Below are positions 52,089-62,934 of a DNA stretch of 64,000 nt, piece by piece (the first letter of the stretch is position 1; every line of letters begins with the position of its first letter). This DNA comes from a virus, in the IMG/VR virus record IMGVR_UViG_3300029922_000017, positions 1 to 64,000 of that record; one strand, written 5' to 3'. The translations under genes were made by a program, and so were the position numbers. The notes under the pieces were generated by a model. It searched no databases. It saw nothing but the letters and a program-made list of their open reading frames with translations, and had not been told where the DNA came from.

Positions 52089-54746
52089 CGACGCCATCTG
52101 CAAATCATCATTCCCATATGCTCCCATGTAAGTTGCGTCATAATCATTTATAATATAATTTAATAATGAGGTTAGTGTTGGTAGATGTTTGACACTTCCC
52201 GATTTAAAATCTATACGAACACTGAAATTGGGATTTATGAGAATGGAGTCGGAATTAATTTTATTATGGTATTTATTATTGGAAGTATTCCATATAAATC
52301 CCTTCTCGGTCAAATATTGTTCATTGGTAGGACTTAATTTTTTACCGCCTACTTTTCCAGTTGATTGTTTATTGGTTGGAACTGGTGTTTTCCCAATAAA
52401 TCCATTGTCATCATAATTATCGGCTATATATTGGGTCATATCATTAATTGGCTTACTCAATTTAATTCCGGCAAATTGTGCCGATACCAATACTGATTTA
52501 TCATTATTAAAGAATGTAACGGTATCATTATTCTTTCTATGTTTATAATAAGTTATACCGCCATTATTTAATACTTCAAATCCACGGGACACCATTCCCA
52601 TTTCATCTCCATCCGTTAAACGTATGGATTTTGGAGGTGTATTCAATCCAACGTGTAGAGTATAATCTGAACTTGAGGTTGAATTTGGAGGAATGACCGA
52701 TGGTTTTTTAGTATACATCTGGGCAGTTGTAGAAGTTGTGCCTCCATATATATTGGACGCATATGTATTTCCGCCATAATATGGGTCCCAATTACCATTA
52801 ACATCATAATGTCCTTTGGTGTGTTGGTCGGGACTCGCCTTCTGTGTAAGAATGGGCGTTGACGGAGGGGGCGGATTTAAACTATAGTCTGCATTATGTA
52901 TTTGTGTCGGTGTTAATGTATGAAATTTTAATTCGGTATTTTTCTCGGAACATCTCTTGAATAAGTCGTCAAAGTTATTAAATGTCTCTATATACGCCAT
53001 ATCATATCTAATTCCAATTGCATATGTCCCATCAGTAAATGCCGCCGCAGTTAGCATTTTCGGTTCGGCATTACCATCCGTATCTACGACATTAAAATTG
53101 GCAAATTCCAGTCGTTCGAAATCCGATGGGCGAATATTAATGGTTAAAAATTTAAGTTTTTGTTCTTTTGTAAAGTCAGTGACGGCTCGACGAGCGGCAT
53201 ACATCGTATATCGAGGCAATTTTGTAATATTGTCACCATGTTCTTTTTTAAATTTTTCAATTGCTTCATTAAAATCATGGAACACCTGTGCATCGGAGTC
53301 ATCGTCTGTGTTTATAGTTATGATGTTATTTTCGTGAATTTTTAAGTTATATTTTAGTATTTTAATTTGGTTGTCTTTATTTTTATATTTCACGCTGGCA
53401 CTATAATTCGTCCCATCCATGGTATTAAAATCTAAAGAGTCTAATATTTTTTTCTGCTCCGGAGTGGCGTGTATAGCAGGTGAATTTATATATTCTTCCA
53501 TCTTTCGCTCATCTTCCGGATTACCCGGTAAATATACCAAACACCTATTGATTAATTGTTTTATAACGGGCGAAACATCTTCCAAATATCTGGCAACGTG
53601 AGTTACTCTGGCACGTCTATCCAAATCCCGTTGAGGAATAAATAACCCTCCCTTATTTAACATAGGACCGGAATTATGTGCTAAATCATAAATGTGGTCA
53701 ATAGCAGCCGATATTTTTTCGTAATTATGAGATTGTAATTCGGGCATTAACTTAATAAAGGCAGTCGCTCCAGTTCCCCATGCTGGTCCACCATACGAAC
53801 TTTCGCTCCATGCAATTTTGGAATAGGCATTTTCAATGTCTTTCCAAGTTAGTTTGGAGTTATTAATTGCATGATTTATTTTAGCCACCACTTTTGAACT
53901 TATCTGTCCACCAACCGAATAATCATCCTCGGTTAATAGACATATTTCGTTTATGAAATTCTCATTTGTGCTTTCCGAGTCCCAGAAGGGGTCATATTTT
54001 TTCCAGTAATCATCTTCGGTGTCATCGGTTGGTTCTGCATCGGAAAGTTCTGGGTCTTCTTCCGGTTTATATTCATTATCTGGTTTAGGTTCGATTTTGT
54101 CTAGGTCATCGGTAGCATCTGGTTCTTTTTCGGGTTCTTCCGGCTCCGGAACATCTCCAGTGCCAACATAATTATTATCATACAATGCGGAGAACTTCAG
54201 GAGTCGTTTGACCGACTCTTCTTGTCCTGTCATACTCGGCAAATATGTTTTTACAAGTTTATTAAACCTTTCTTTTGAAATTGTCGTTTTGTTTGGTTGT
54301 TTTTCCAGATAAATTGTATTTCTAAATGATAGCCATTGATGTGATTTATTAAAAATATGCCTTAACTCTTGGACTAATGCCATTCTCAAATATCCTGACA
54401 ACTTGGTTCCCAATATTTTTGTAACTTGTTCGAATACGTCATCAATAATAACTCTTAATTTATGAGGAGCAATTTTACCACCCATCATAGGATATTCAAC
54501 ATCATCCCAATTTGTCCCCGCCGCAAATCCAGCACCAAAATTCGGGTCGGTCTTTGCTGCATGGACTTTTGCACCGGTTGACATGGGGAGTGGCGTTCCA
54601 AGAATACGATGTAAGTATTCCATGGCATAAAAATCGTAAAATATACGTTTGGAAGCAGTAGTATCACCCGTTTTCAGGAGATTTATTTTCGGAGGTGTAT
54701 ATCGCAATCTCTCAACCAAGAGAGAGGCTAACAAAATTCGACTCAT
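52086..54746 (-). CDS. Large hypothetical protein (886 aa), possibly virion-internal
   Basis: Long ORF with acidic/Pro linker; TATTTAT motif upstream. Confidence 0.75.
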   Translation of the reverse strand: MSRILLASLLVERLRYTPPKINLLKTGDTTASKRIFYDFYAMEYLHRILGTPLPMSTGAKVHAAKTDPNFGAGFAAGTNWDDVEYPMMGGKIAPHKLRVIIDDVFEQVTKILGTKLSGYLRMALVQELRHIFNKSHQWLSFRNTIYLEKQPNKTTISKERFNKLVKTYLPSMTGQEESVKRLLKFSALYDNNYVGTGDVPEPEEPEKEPDATDDLDKIEPKPDNEYKPEEDPELSDAEPTDDTEDDYWKKYDPFWDSESTNENFINEICLLTEDDYSVGGQISSKVVAKINHAINNSKLTWKDIENAYSKIAWSESSYGGPAWGTGATAFIKLMPELQSHNYEKISAAIDHIYDLAHNSGPMLNKGGLFIPQRDLDRRARVTHVARYLEDVSPVIKQLINRCLVYLPGNPEDERKMEEYINSPAIHATPEQKKILDSLDFNTMDGTNYSASVKYKNKDNQIKILKYNLKIHENNIITINTDDDSDAQVFHDFNEAIEKFKKEHGDNITKLPRYTMYAARRAVTDFTKEQKLKFLTINIRPSDFERLEFANFNVVDTDGNAEPKMLTAAAFTDGTYAIGIRYDMAYIETFNNFDDLFKRCSEKNTELKFHTLTPTQIHNADYSLNPPPPSTPILTQKASPDQHTKGHYDVNGNWDPYYGGNTYASNIYGGTTSTTAQMYTKKPSVIPPNSTSSSDYTLHVGLNTPPKSIRLTDGDEMGMVSRGFEVLNNGGITYYKHRKNNDTVTFFNNDKSVLVSAQFAGIKLSKPINDMTQYIADNYDDNGFIGKTPVPTNKQSTGKVGGKKLSPTNEQYLTEKGFIWNTSNNKYHNKINSDSILINPNFSVRIDFKSGSVKHLPTLTSLLNYIINDYDATYMGAYGNDDLQMAS

Positions 54747-54787
54747 GATTATAAATATGAGATTAAAAGCAAAAACCCATCATAAAA

Positions 54788-55192
54788 TGGTGGAAATGCT
54801 CGGAATTGAACCGAGGTCTTGAATACTAATTCATAACGATACTACATGGTTATTTCATTTTAATTTAATCTTGATTTTTTTAATGAACAATACATTTCAA
54901 GCATTGATAATTTATTGAGTTATCAACGATCATATAATTTTAACTATATGCGGTTTACTCACTATTAGAGCAATAAGAATTTTAATGAGTATCCAGTCTT
55001 ATTTCGGCAACTAGACCAATTCTAATTCGGGCGTATTGATTTCTTCATTCAGAAAGAATGAAAAATCCAACGCTGCAATCTGCGCTAGGCGGTTTGCATT
55101 TGGTTTTTAATTATATTTTTAACGAGGCCATATAATAAACCCTCCCCATGCATCGTTATGTCAAAGAATTCGGTCGATACCATTACATTCCC
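54788..55192 (-). ncRNA. ssrA: tmRNA
   Basis: GGGAATG/CATTTCC-ACCA with G3:U70, GGTATCGAC D-like loop, T-arm CTCGG-TTCAATT-CCGAG, resume GCA and tag ORF at 55011-55097. Confidence 0.9.
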
Positions 55193-55579
55193 ATTAACAT
55201 TAATAACTATAACAAAATTTGGCTAAACTGTCAATTAAATTTAATCCCAAAACAGAATATTGGGGATAATAAGTCATATAATAGTTTAAAATAAGTTCGT
55301 AGTTCATAGTTCAACTTTCCATTTATCAATTGCCTTTACCACCTTTTTTAATTCTCTCATCTTTCGTTTTGCCGGTATATATCGAAGGTCAGCCTCAACA
55401 GTGTCCATGTAATCTTCGGTGATTTCCTTGAGTTTTATCAAGAGTTCTTTTTTATCTTTTTCAAATGGCATCATAACGTGTGTGTAGTATAACCGACTTA
55501 AATATAAATAGCAACCTCTTTTATCAAATTTAAATAATTCTTGACTTCTCCCGATAAATCTATATACTTTCACAAAATT

Positions 55580-55810
55580 ATGAATAATACACCAGACCAA
55601 ACACTCAACCCATACAAGTCCAAATTTAAACTCATCTGTGCATCTAAATGTAAAAAGTATGCGTTGGAGTCGGCGAAAGTTAATCGACCCACCAACAACT
55701 TTACCAGAGTATCCCATGAATTTTTGGTTTCGTGTGAGAATGCCTTGCGGCAAATCATCGACTCCAAGGTGAAGTCACACCCATCCAAGGGAAAAACTTT
55801 AATGCAATGA
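55580..55810 (+). CDS. Histone-fold-like small protein
   Basis: LI.ASK.KKY...RVS.EF......I...V.....GKTL pattern; TTGACT...TATACT promoter upstream. Confidence 0.5.
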   Translation: MNNTPDQTLNPYKSKFKLICASKCKKYALESAKVNRPTNNFTRVSHEFLVSCENALRQIIDSKVKSHPSKGKTLMQ

Positions 55811-56331
55811 AAATACTGGTATTGTTATCGGTGGGTTTTTTAACTGCGTGTTCCTCGGTTAAATATGATAATTCAATTTTTCATTATAGCGTTCCCCAAG
55901 AACACCAGCCAAATTGTGTAGTTGGGGCGTTTTGCATGTATGCAAATGAGATGTTAAATGTCAAAACCTCTCCGTTATATTGGCAAACCAACAAACTGAC
56001 AAAATTGGAAGGGACTGGAGTTGAATTGGAAAATATTATACCGGCATGGAACCGAGTGTTTATAAATTCGCCGTTAACTTGCATATATGACTCGAAAAAT
56101 TCCGATTTAAATATACATATAACCTTTAAACGGCCTTATATGTGGATTGGAAAATATAGCGGTGGCTATCATGCTTGTTTGATATATTTTCAATCCAACT
56201 CAGTAACCTATAAACATTTTATATATTATCCATTGGAACATACTAATTATATGGTGACAGTAGATTATATATCTTTCTTTACCAATACGCTCCAAATTTA
56301 TGATATCATCGGAACAACTAACAAAAATTAA
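55807..56331 (+). CDS. Lipoprotein with papain/C39-like Cys-His motifs
   Basis: Lipobox LTAC; Q...PNCV and YHACLI. Confidence 0.5.
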   Translation: MKILVLLSVGFLTACSSVKYDNSIFHYSVPQEHQPNCVVGAFCMYANEMLNVKTSPLYWQTNKLTKLEGTGVELENIIPAWNRVFINSPLTCIYDSKNSDLNIHITFKRPYMWIGKYSGGYHACLIYFQSNSVTYKHFIYYPLEHTNYMVTVDYISFFTNTLQIYDIIGTTNKN

Positions 56332-56975
56332 CTCTAAATTTCCATGGTCAAACTGTATATCGGTGTTTCAATTGGGGGATGACTCTGTCAAATGGAACTT
56401 GATAGTTAAAATTCAGAATTCGATGGGGCATTTTGAATGTCTATTATATCTTAATAAATTATCAGGTGTATTGGGCGGAAAATCTCATGCCTTGGCGACC
56501 ATCGAAGACCGGATGTTGGCCTTATACGAATTTAGCACCGCATGAACATGTTATGGATAATTTGCGGCGGCATATTTATTTATTTAATTATTTATAATAA
56601 ATAATCATATTTATAAATATGATTATTTGTTTAACCCTATCAATTTTAATATCCGTGATATTGGTCAGGCAGTATTATACGAATAAAATAAGAAAACTTA
56701 AAATTTGCAAATTTAATAATGCTTGCACAAAATACAATAAGAAAGATACTTCCGAAGCCTTAAAAACGAGTAATTCAGTTAATTATATCTGACCAAGATA
56801 CCTCTCCTCAATACGATTTAGAACTTCAATCCGCCGTTTTTTCGGCCTCCGGCAAACGCCGATAACTTTTCAATATAATAAGTCGGCTCACCCAATCGAT
56901 AGTAAAATAATAGATATTACTCCCAAGCGGCATAAAATACCATGGCTATGATTATCCATAAAAATATCGGCATAA

Positions 56976-57473
56976 TCAAAGAGTCTTAATTTCGGAACCA
57001 GTAATAGGAAAATGACCATCCAATGGAATATTCCCTGCGGCATCATGAATTGAAGTATTGAAGTTACTGATAATTTCTATATTTCCACCACCAACATCCA
57101 GAGACCAATCAGATTTTGCATAAGAACCAATACGTTTCGTAGTATTGATATCGGCGGCATTACAATACGACATAGTAATATTGTTATTGGGGAATATAGA
57201 GTCATCAACTACCACACTTGAAGTATTTATCTTACATAACTCATCGGTTGGACTATTGACATAACTAAAAGCCGTCAATTGAAAATCATTGGAAGCAGAC
57301 GCTTGAAGGGATGCCGAGGCCAATATGAGCAAATCATCCACCTTTTTCTTATAATACCTCAATAAGTCATTTTTATTCTTATAATCCTTGTTGGTAGAAT
57401 AGTATTTCGCAACGTTGTTCCGTTGTGCCGCCTTCCGTTCTGCTTCGGTATGATATTTTTTTGCTCTTCCCAT
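56976..57473 (-). CDS. Protein with MGRxxKY basic N-terminal module
   Basis: MGRAKKYHTEAERKAAQR...KYY. Confidence 0.6.
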   Translation of the reverse strand: MGRAKKYHTEAERKAAQRNNVAKYYSTNKDYKNKNDLLRYYKKKVDDLLILASASLQASASNDFQLTAFSYVNSPTDELCKINTSSVVVDDSIFPNNNITMSYCNAADINTTKRIGSYAKSDWSLDVGGGNIEIISNFNTSIHDAAGNIPLDGHFPITGSEIKTL

Positions 57474-57685
57474 AGGTTAATCTCGTGATTTTAAGTTCCA
57501 ATAGTCAATTAGACCAATTATAATTATAACCGATAACAGTATTTGTATTATATCATGAGTAGTCATGCGATATAGTTATCCCATACCAACAACCACAATC
57601 GATAAATTTTTTTTCGTAATTTTTTCAATGACGACCTTATTACATGAAAAAGCATACCATTAAAACCCATATTTTACAAGTTATT

Positions 57686-57880
57686 TTATAATTTAGATAA
57701 TGTAAATGGTTGATTGAGAGAGCCACTATCAGTAGAAGATATCCCATTAACCTGTTCATGATACCGCTCTTTATTTTTATTATTAATATCATCCCGATTC
57801 TTCCAGTAATACTTCATTTGTCTTTGTTTTCTGGCTTCGTCTTGTTGTTCTTTAGTTGTATATTTTTTAGTTCTTCCCAT
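57686..57880 (-). CDS. Small basic MGRxxKY family protein
   Basis: MGRTKKYTTKEQQDEARKQRQMKYYWKN. Confidence 0.65.
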   Translation of the reverse strand: MGRTKKYTTKEQQDEARKQRQMKYYWKNRDDINNKNKERYHEQVNGISSTDSGSLNQPFTLSKL

Positions 57881-57888
57881 AGTTTTAT

Positions 57889-58509
57889 TTAGGTTATATG
57901 TTGTTTTAAAATTGCAGGTATGTTATTTAAATCTTTATATGAAATTCGCAATAGTTTAATGTTATTTTTTATGGCATATTCATCTTTAAGCTTGTCGTGT
58001 AATTTTAATCTAGCCAATTTATCATCAGATATTATATGGCCTTTAATGTTATTACATCCAAAATGCTGTTGTCCATCAAATTCTATTAGTAAGTTATGAT
58101 ATGGAATATAGAAATCATATTTTAGTGGTCTATTCATATCACTTCTAAGAGTGTCAAATGTCTGTTGTGATTTATGTGCTATTTTATTAATACTTAAATA
58201 TGTAGAAATAGCCAATTCGCCTTTAGATAATTGACAGATAGGACATCCCTGAGAATTGAATATATGATTTTCTGGAGTTTTCCAAAAATAACTATCATGT
58301 TTAATACATTTAATCTGGATACTCTTCTTGCTTCCTATATACGTCGAATCCGAGTAATCATATAAATCACCATGTATTTTTCTGGCTCTAATAATGAACT
58401 CGTTGAGAGTTAATTTTTCGCCGCCAAAATTTCCATTATGTAGTTTATAATTTCGTCTTCTATTACATTGTCTACATTCGCACTTGAGAATTGTTTTTAT
58501 ATTGCTCAT
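57889..58509 (-). CDS. Hef/DUF723-like homing endonuclease
   Basis: EFI.RA..IHGD.YDYS, GCP.C..SKGE, YDFYIP...IEFDG.QH. Confidence 0.8.
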   Translation of the reverse strand: MSNIKTILKCECRQCNRRRNYKLHNGNFGGEKLTLNEFIIRARKIHGDLYDYSDSTYIGSKKSIQIKCIKHDSYFWKTPENHIFNSQGCPICQLSKGELAISTYLSINKIAHKSQQTFDTLRSDMNRPLKYDFYIPYHNLLIEFDGQQHFGCNNIKGHIISDDKLARLKLHDKLKDEYAIKNNIKLLRISYKDLNNIPAILKQHIT

Positions 58510-58885
58510 AATATATAAATATATTGAGGTAGAATAAAAGTAGTATAAATAAATTTTATTTTCCAGATTTTTTAGTATATAACCTAATTAGACCTAAATT
58601 CTAACCTATTAAAATCTTTATTTCGAGTTATTTCATTCTACATATATTCTACTTTTATTTTATCTAAAAGTGATTTGCGAATAGTGAATATATAGGGGCC
58701 GGCTGGTGCCACCCCCACCTTCTTTCGACCAGAAGCAACCCTAATATACCAATACGGGTAGGGTATCCTATTTTAATCCTACTATATAGGGTAAGTGGTT
58801 ACATTATTATACTTACTATAAGGTAAAATAAAAAACGCATCAAATGATTATTCACTTGACACGTTGTTTGAATTGTGCTAGGTGA

Positions 58886-59293
58886 TTAGACTATGCCGAT
58901 TAAGTTAATGTAATTGGGGTTATTAGTTTCGGGAATATACTTGTCTTCTTCCCGACAAAAGCCAGTGGTCAAACCTTGTCGCATTTGATTAATTGTCTCC
59001 GCAATTTCGGCATGGACTTGTGACATTAGGGAAAGCAATTCCCGTTGAATGGACTTGGATTTAACTGGCATATAATCCATTTCGACACCGGCTAATGTAT
59101 TGTCCACCGTTTCAATTAAAAACGTGTCTAATGTGGCGTCTTGCTCGTTTAATGCGGCATTGGCTTCCGCTTCCGCTTTCATGTCGTCTTCCGCTTTCAA
59201 TTGGGTGACAATATCCAATTGCGGATTGGCAACCGGATAATTCTTGCCGAATTGTGATTTGACTTTGTTTTTTGAACCTTTAGGGCGTGACAT
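58886..59293 (-). CDS. Early protein with AT-hook-like N-terminus
   Basis: MSRPKGSKNK; TTGACT promoter upstream. Confidence 0.6.
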   Translation of the reverse strand: MSRPKGSKNKVKSQFGKNYPVANPQLDIVTQLKAEDDMKAEAEANAALNEQDATLDTFLIETVDNTLAGVEMDYMPVKSKSIQRELLSLMSQVHAEIAETINQMRQGLTTGFCREEDKYIPETNNPNYINLIGIV

Positions 59294-59688
59294 ATGTTTA
59301 TTTTGTTATGTTGTTGACTACTTTGAAAGTGTGCCGGAAAGTATATTAAAAGTCAATTAAATAATTGGATTAAAAAAATCCAAAATATCATAGGCAATGT
59401 AATTGTCCATTTCAATTCCACGCCAGACGTTATTGCCATCGGCCTTTTCCGACAAAAGGCTATTTTGCCGGGCAATTTCCTTATCCAACATTAACCAAGC
59501 TGCCGGTTTCAGGATTTTAGCCCACTGGATTGCTTGGCGAGCCTGAATGATTAAGCCGGAAGTTTTATCAAAATTGGGGACGTTTGTGTTATTCATATGT
59601 TGGTTAAAGAATAGGTTATTTTTATTAAAAAGTCAAATTTATTTTGAATTATTTTGTAGGTTAGTTTCTCCCCTACTTTTTAATTGAC

Positions 59689-60171
59689 TTATGCCGGCGG
59701 TTGGATTAGGAAAAACTTGGAACGGGGACGGCAGCATTCACGATTTTTATCCTCGACATTTGACAAAGTGATTTTGCCGACAAGTCCCGATTTGAACATC
59801 AGCACACTAACCACCGTGTAAATCGTCGCATCGGGGTAACGGTCAAAGCCGAATTGTTCCCGGACAGCTTCAATAATTTCGGAAATAAACATTGATTGTG
59901 CAATGGCCATGTTGCGGAGCGGCGTGGTAGCAACATCAGCCGCAAAAACGGCATTGTTATTTTGGAGAATATCAATGACAAGATTTTCAATGCCGTTGAC
60001 GCCTGTCTTAACATTCACATAGTGATTGCGATAAACGAGCGGCACGTTTTTATCATTGAAAATGTTATTGTTTTCTTGCGCATTGTCAATCAGGCCAGTG
60101 GCAAGAGTAGCAATGAATGATTTTTTGGACTGTTTAGCTTTGGACTTGGCGGTTGTTAATGTTGTATTCAT
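59689..60171 (-). CDS. Hypothetical early protein
   Basis: 160-aa ORF, aacatATG start context. Confidence 0.65.
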   Translation of the reverse strand: MNTTLTTAKSKAKQSKKSFIATLATGLIDNAQENNNIFNDKNVPLVYRNHYVNVKTGVNGIENLVIDILQNNNAVFAADVATTPLRNMAIAQSMFISEIIEAVREQFGFDRYPDATIYTVVSVLMFKSGLVGKITLSNVEDKNRECCRPRSKFFLIQPPA

Positions 60172-60362
60172 ATGTTGGCTAAAGAATAAACTATTCTAGT
60201 TACTTTGCAAGGAAATAAATAAAAAAATACAAACTATTTACGATATCGTTAAAACATTGGAAAGTAAGTATAACATTCGTATTACTGGTTGGCTCGGTGA
60301 AAATAGGCAATAAAAAATCTCCTAAACCTTTCGGAATAGGAGACTTGGAAATTTACCGGAGA

Positions 60363-60666
60363 TTAGGACTTGGCAAATTCAACCTTGTCAAACCCGTTGT
60401 AGTTACGGAACTTCTTCTGGAACAAGGCATTCGGGGCGATGGGCTGGTTCGGCAGCAATCCTTCATTGCCAGCCGCAATCACGAAGGTTGACTTGAACTG
60501 GATTTTTTCGGACTTGATGGCGTTGATAATGTTTTCAACGGTGGCAGTCTTGTTCTTGCCAGCCACGATTCCGGCTTGCTTGGCCACGTTACGCAATTCG
60601 GCTTGCGTCATAGTGCGGAGGGAGATGAAAGCGATGGCAGTGGAGTTGTTATTGATTTTGGTCATA
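60363..60666 (-). CDS. Hypothetical early protein with SAP/Rho-N-like helix motif
   Basis: LRTMTQAELRNVAKQAGI...KNK pattern; probable start at aacatATG. Confidence 0.55.
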
Positions 60667-62421
60667 TGTTTTTGTTTTTTGTTGTTAATGTTGACTGACA
60701 AGAAAGAATATATAGATTTTAATTAAAATGTCAAATGATTTCGTCAAATTTAATCCAGATTGTTGTATCGGTCTGGTCGGGTTGGTCGGATAAAGTTTAA
60801 TTTTCATAATTGAAATTATAGGGATTTTCAGATTAATTGCAAGATAATTCGTAAATTATTTTTTGAAGTTTTCAATTGACAATAGTATCTATAATATTCG
60901 AGTCTCTCTCGGTGAAAGTGACCCAGTAAAAATAAAACTCCCGCTGCCATTTCTGACAACGGGAGACAACATTGCATAAGCATGGTCAACCGACCTTTGT
61001 TTTTTGATAGCCTGTTCCCGTGACAATCCTCGACGTTTCCAGTTTGGTTTTCTTGCCATGGGAATAGTATATCTATTTGAAATGGAATGTCAACCCCAAA
61101 ATTATTCCAAAATCCACTGTGCCATTTCCTTGCCATTCTCAAACACAAAAATTCGGTGGCGAGGATAATTGTGGGACACATACTCCAACGCCGTCTTAAC
61201 CGATAAGAAAGACGATGTATAGTAACATAATTTAGTCGTGTTTTCCAAATTTTGGTTTGCGTTTATAGACTTTTTTTGATTCGAGTCTCTTTGTTACGGG
61301 ATTAAGCAAACCCCAAAATTTCCTTATCTTGATTGGCATTGGTTGTTTCATATATTGATATAAATATATCAATTTCCCCGGAAATGTCAAATCTTATTTA
61401 TTACCAATCCAAGGGGTAACGTGGTAAAGCGTCAACCACAATCCACCAATGACATAACCGATATGGTTAGAATTTCCATTACCATCATCAATATACATTT
61501 TAGAGACGTGTTGCCGACCAATTACAGAACAGAGAGACTTACGGGGATATTTACCAAGATTAAGATACCGCTTACCGTATTGGTCAACTGCAATGATTTG
61601 TGTTGTCATATTTAAGAGTATATCTATTTTAATAGAAATGTCAATGAGAAATTGGATTAAATTCTTCGGACACACAAAATGATTCATCTCCGTTTCTGGC
61701 ATAACCAAAATCATCCAACTCTAATTCAGGGAAAATTGTTCTGAAATAATTGATTGCATCCTTGATATAGAGGCAAGTATGTTCTTCCAAGACTTTATTG
61801 CCACTCTGCCAATTACCAATTGGATACAATTTAAGGAGTAGAAATTTCTTCATATGTTGATAAAGAGTATGGAGATTTTTATCTAAATGTCAAATAGAAT
61901 TACGGTTTTCCTGATACTCCTTATAGCGAGCAACGGCAATTTCAACGTCATCCCTATGAATTTCCATTGAATGATAATCCTTGCTATTGCCTTTAATTCG
62001 CAATCCTTCACCAAGCATGGGATATTCATCCTTCCAATTCTGACAAAAGTAACGGCTGGCATATTGACATTGTTGCCCCCATCTGTTTGCGAGCAACATC
62101 ACCAAAATCTACAAAATCATTCATATGAAAGAATATACCTATTTATATTTTAATTGCAAGGATTATTTCAAACTATTTTCTATTCTCGAATGACGAATAG
62201 TAACTCGAATATTATAGATACTATTTCAAAAAACGAAGTCTCTTCCTCACCTTCCGCATTTAGTATACTAAATTCAATTAGAAATAGCAACAACAAATCT
62301 CACTTATTTTACACTCGACTTTATATTTATATTCATAGCGTAGAAAACTATTAACAATTTGCAATTCCCTAATAAGTTCTTCAAATAAGAATTCTACGCT
62401 TATCTTATTAGGGAATTTGCT

Positions 62422-62930
62422 TTGCAAAAGCGTAGAAAACTTATGTCATATAAAAATAAAGAAGATGCTAAAGCATTTCACAGAAGATATTATTTAGCCC
62501 ATAGAGAAGAAGCTTTACTGAAAAGTAAAGCGTGGAGAACTAACAATCCAGAATTAGCCGCAAAGCAAAAAAGAGAACATCATATTAAAAATCGTGAAGT
62601 ATTACTGGCAAAAGCTGCTATTTACAGAAAAAACAATAGAGAAACTTTATTGGAAAAGAGCAGATTAAGAAGACAGAAAAAACTTGACAATTTAGGATTT
62701 TCTGGTATAGAACACTGTGAAATTTGTGGCCGTAATAAATCGGAATTTAAGAAAGGATTAGCAGTTGACCATTGCCATGAGACCGGAAAAATACGGGGAT
62801 TATTATGTTATTTATGTAATACTAATCTATGAAGATATAGTGATAATATCAAATTATTAGAGAAGTCAATTAACTATCTTAAAAAGCATAATACTCCACA
62901 AGAAACTAATCCAGTGGAGTATTATATTTG
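62422..62930 (+). pseudogene. Endonuclease VII-like protein with premature TGA
   Basis: CEICG...LAVDHCHETGKIRGLLC..CN; frame continues after TGA as RYSDNIKLLEKSINYL. Confidence 0.7.
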
Positions 62931-62934
62931 AGAT

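Noticed and set aside
62830-62832. In-frame TGA in the endonuclease VII gene at a position where Gly is expected, hinting at genetic code 25
   Set aside because: Many intact genes end in TGA with ATGA overlaps and no tRNA with a TCA anticodon was found; a similar GAA>TAA lesion at about 25607 points to point mutation or sequencing error.
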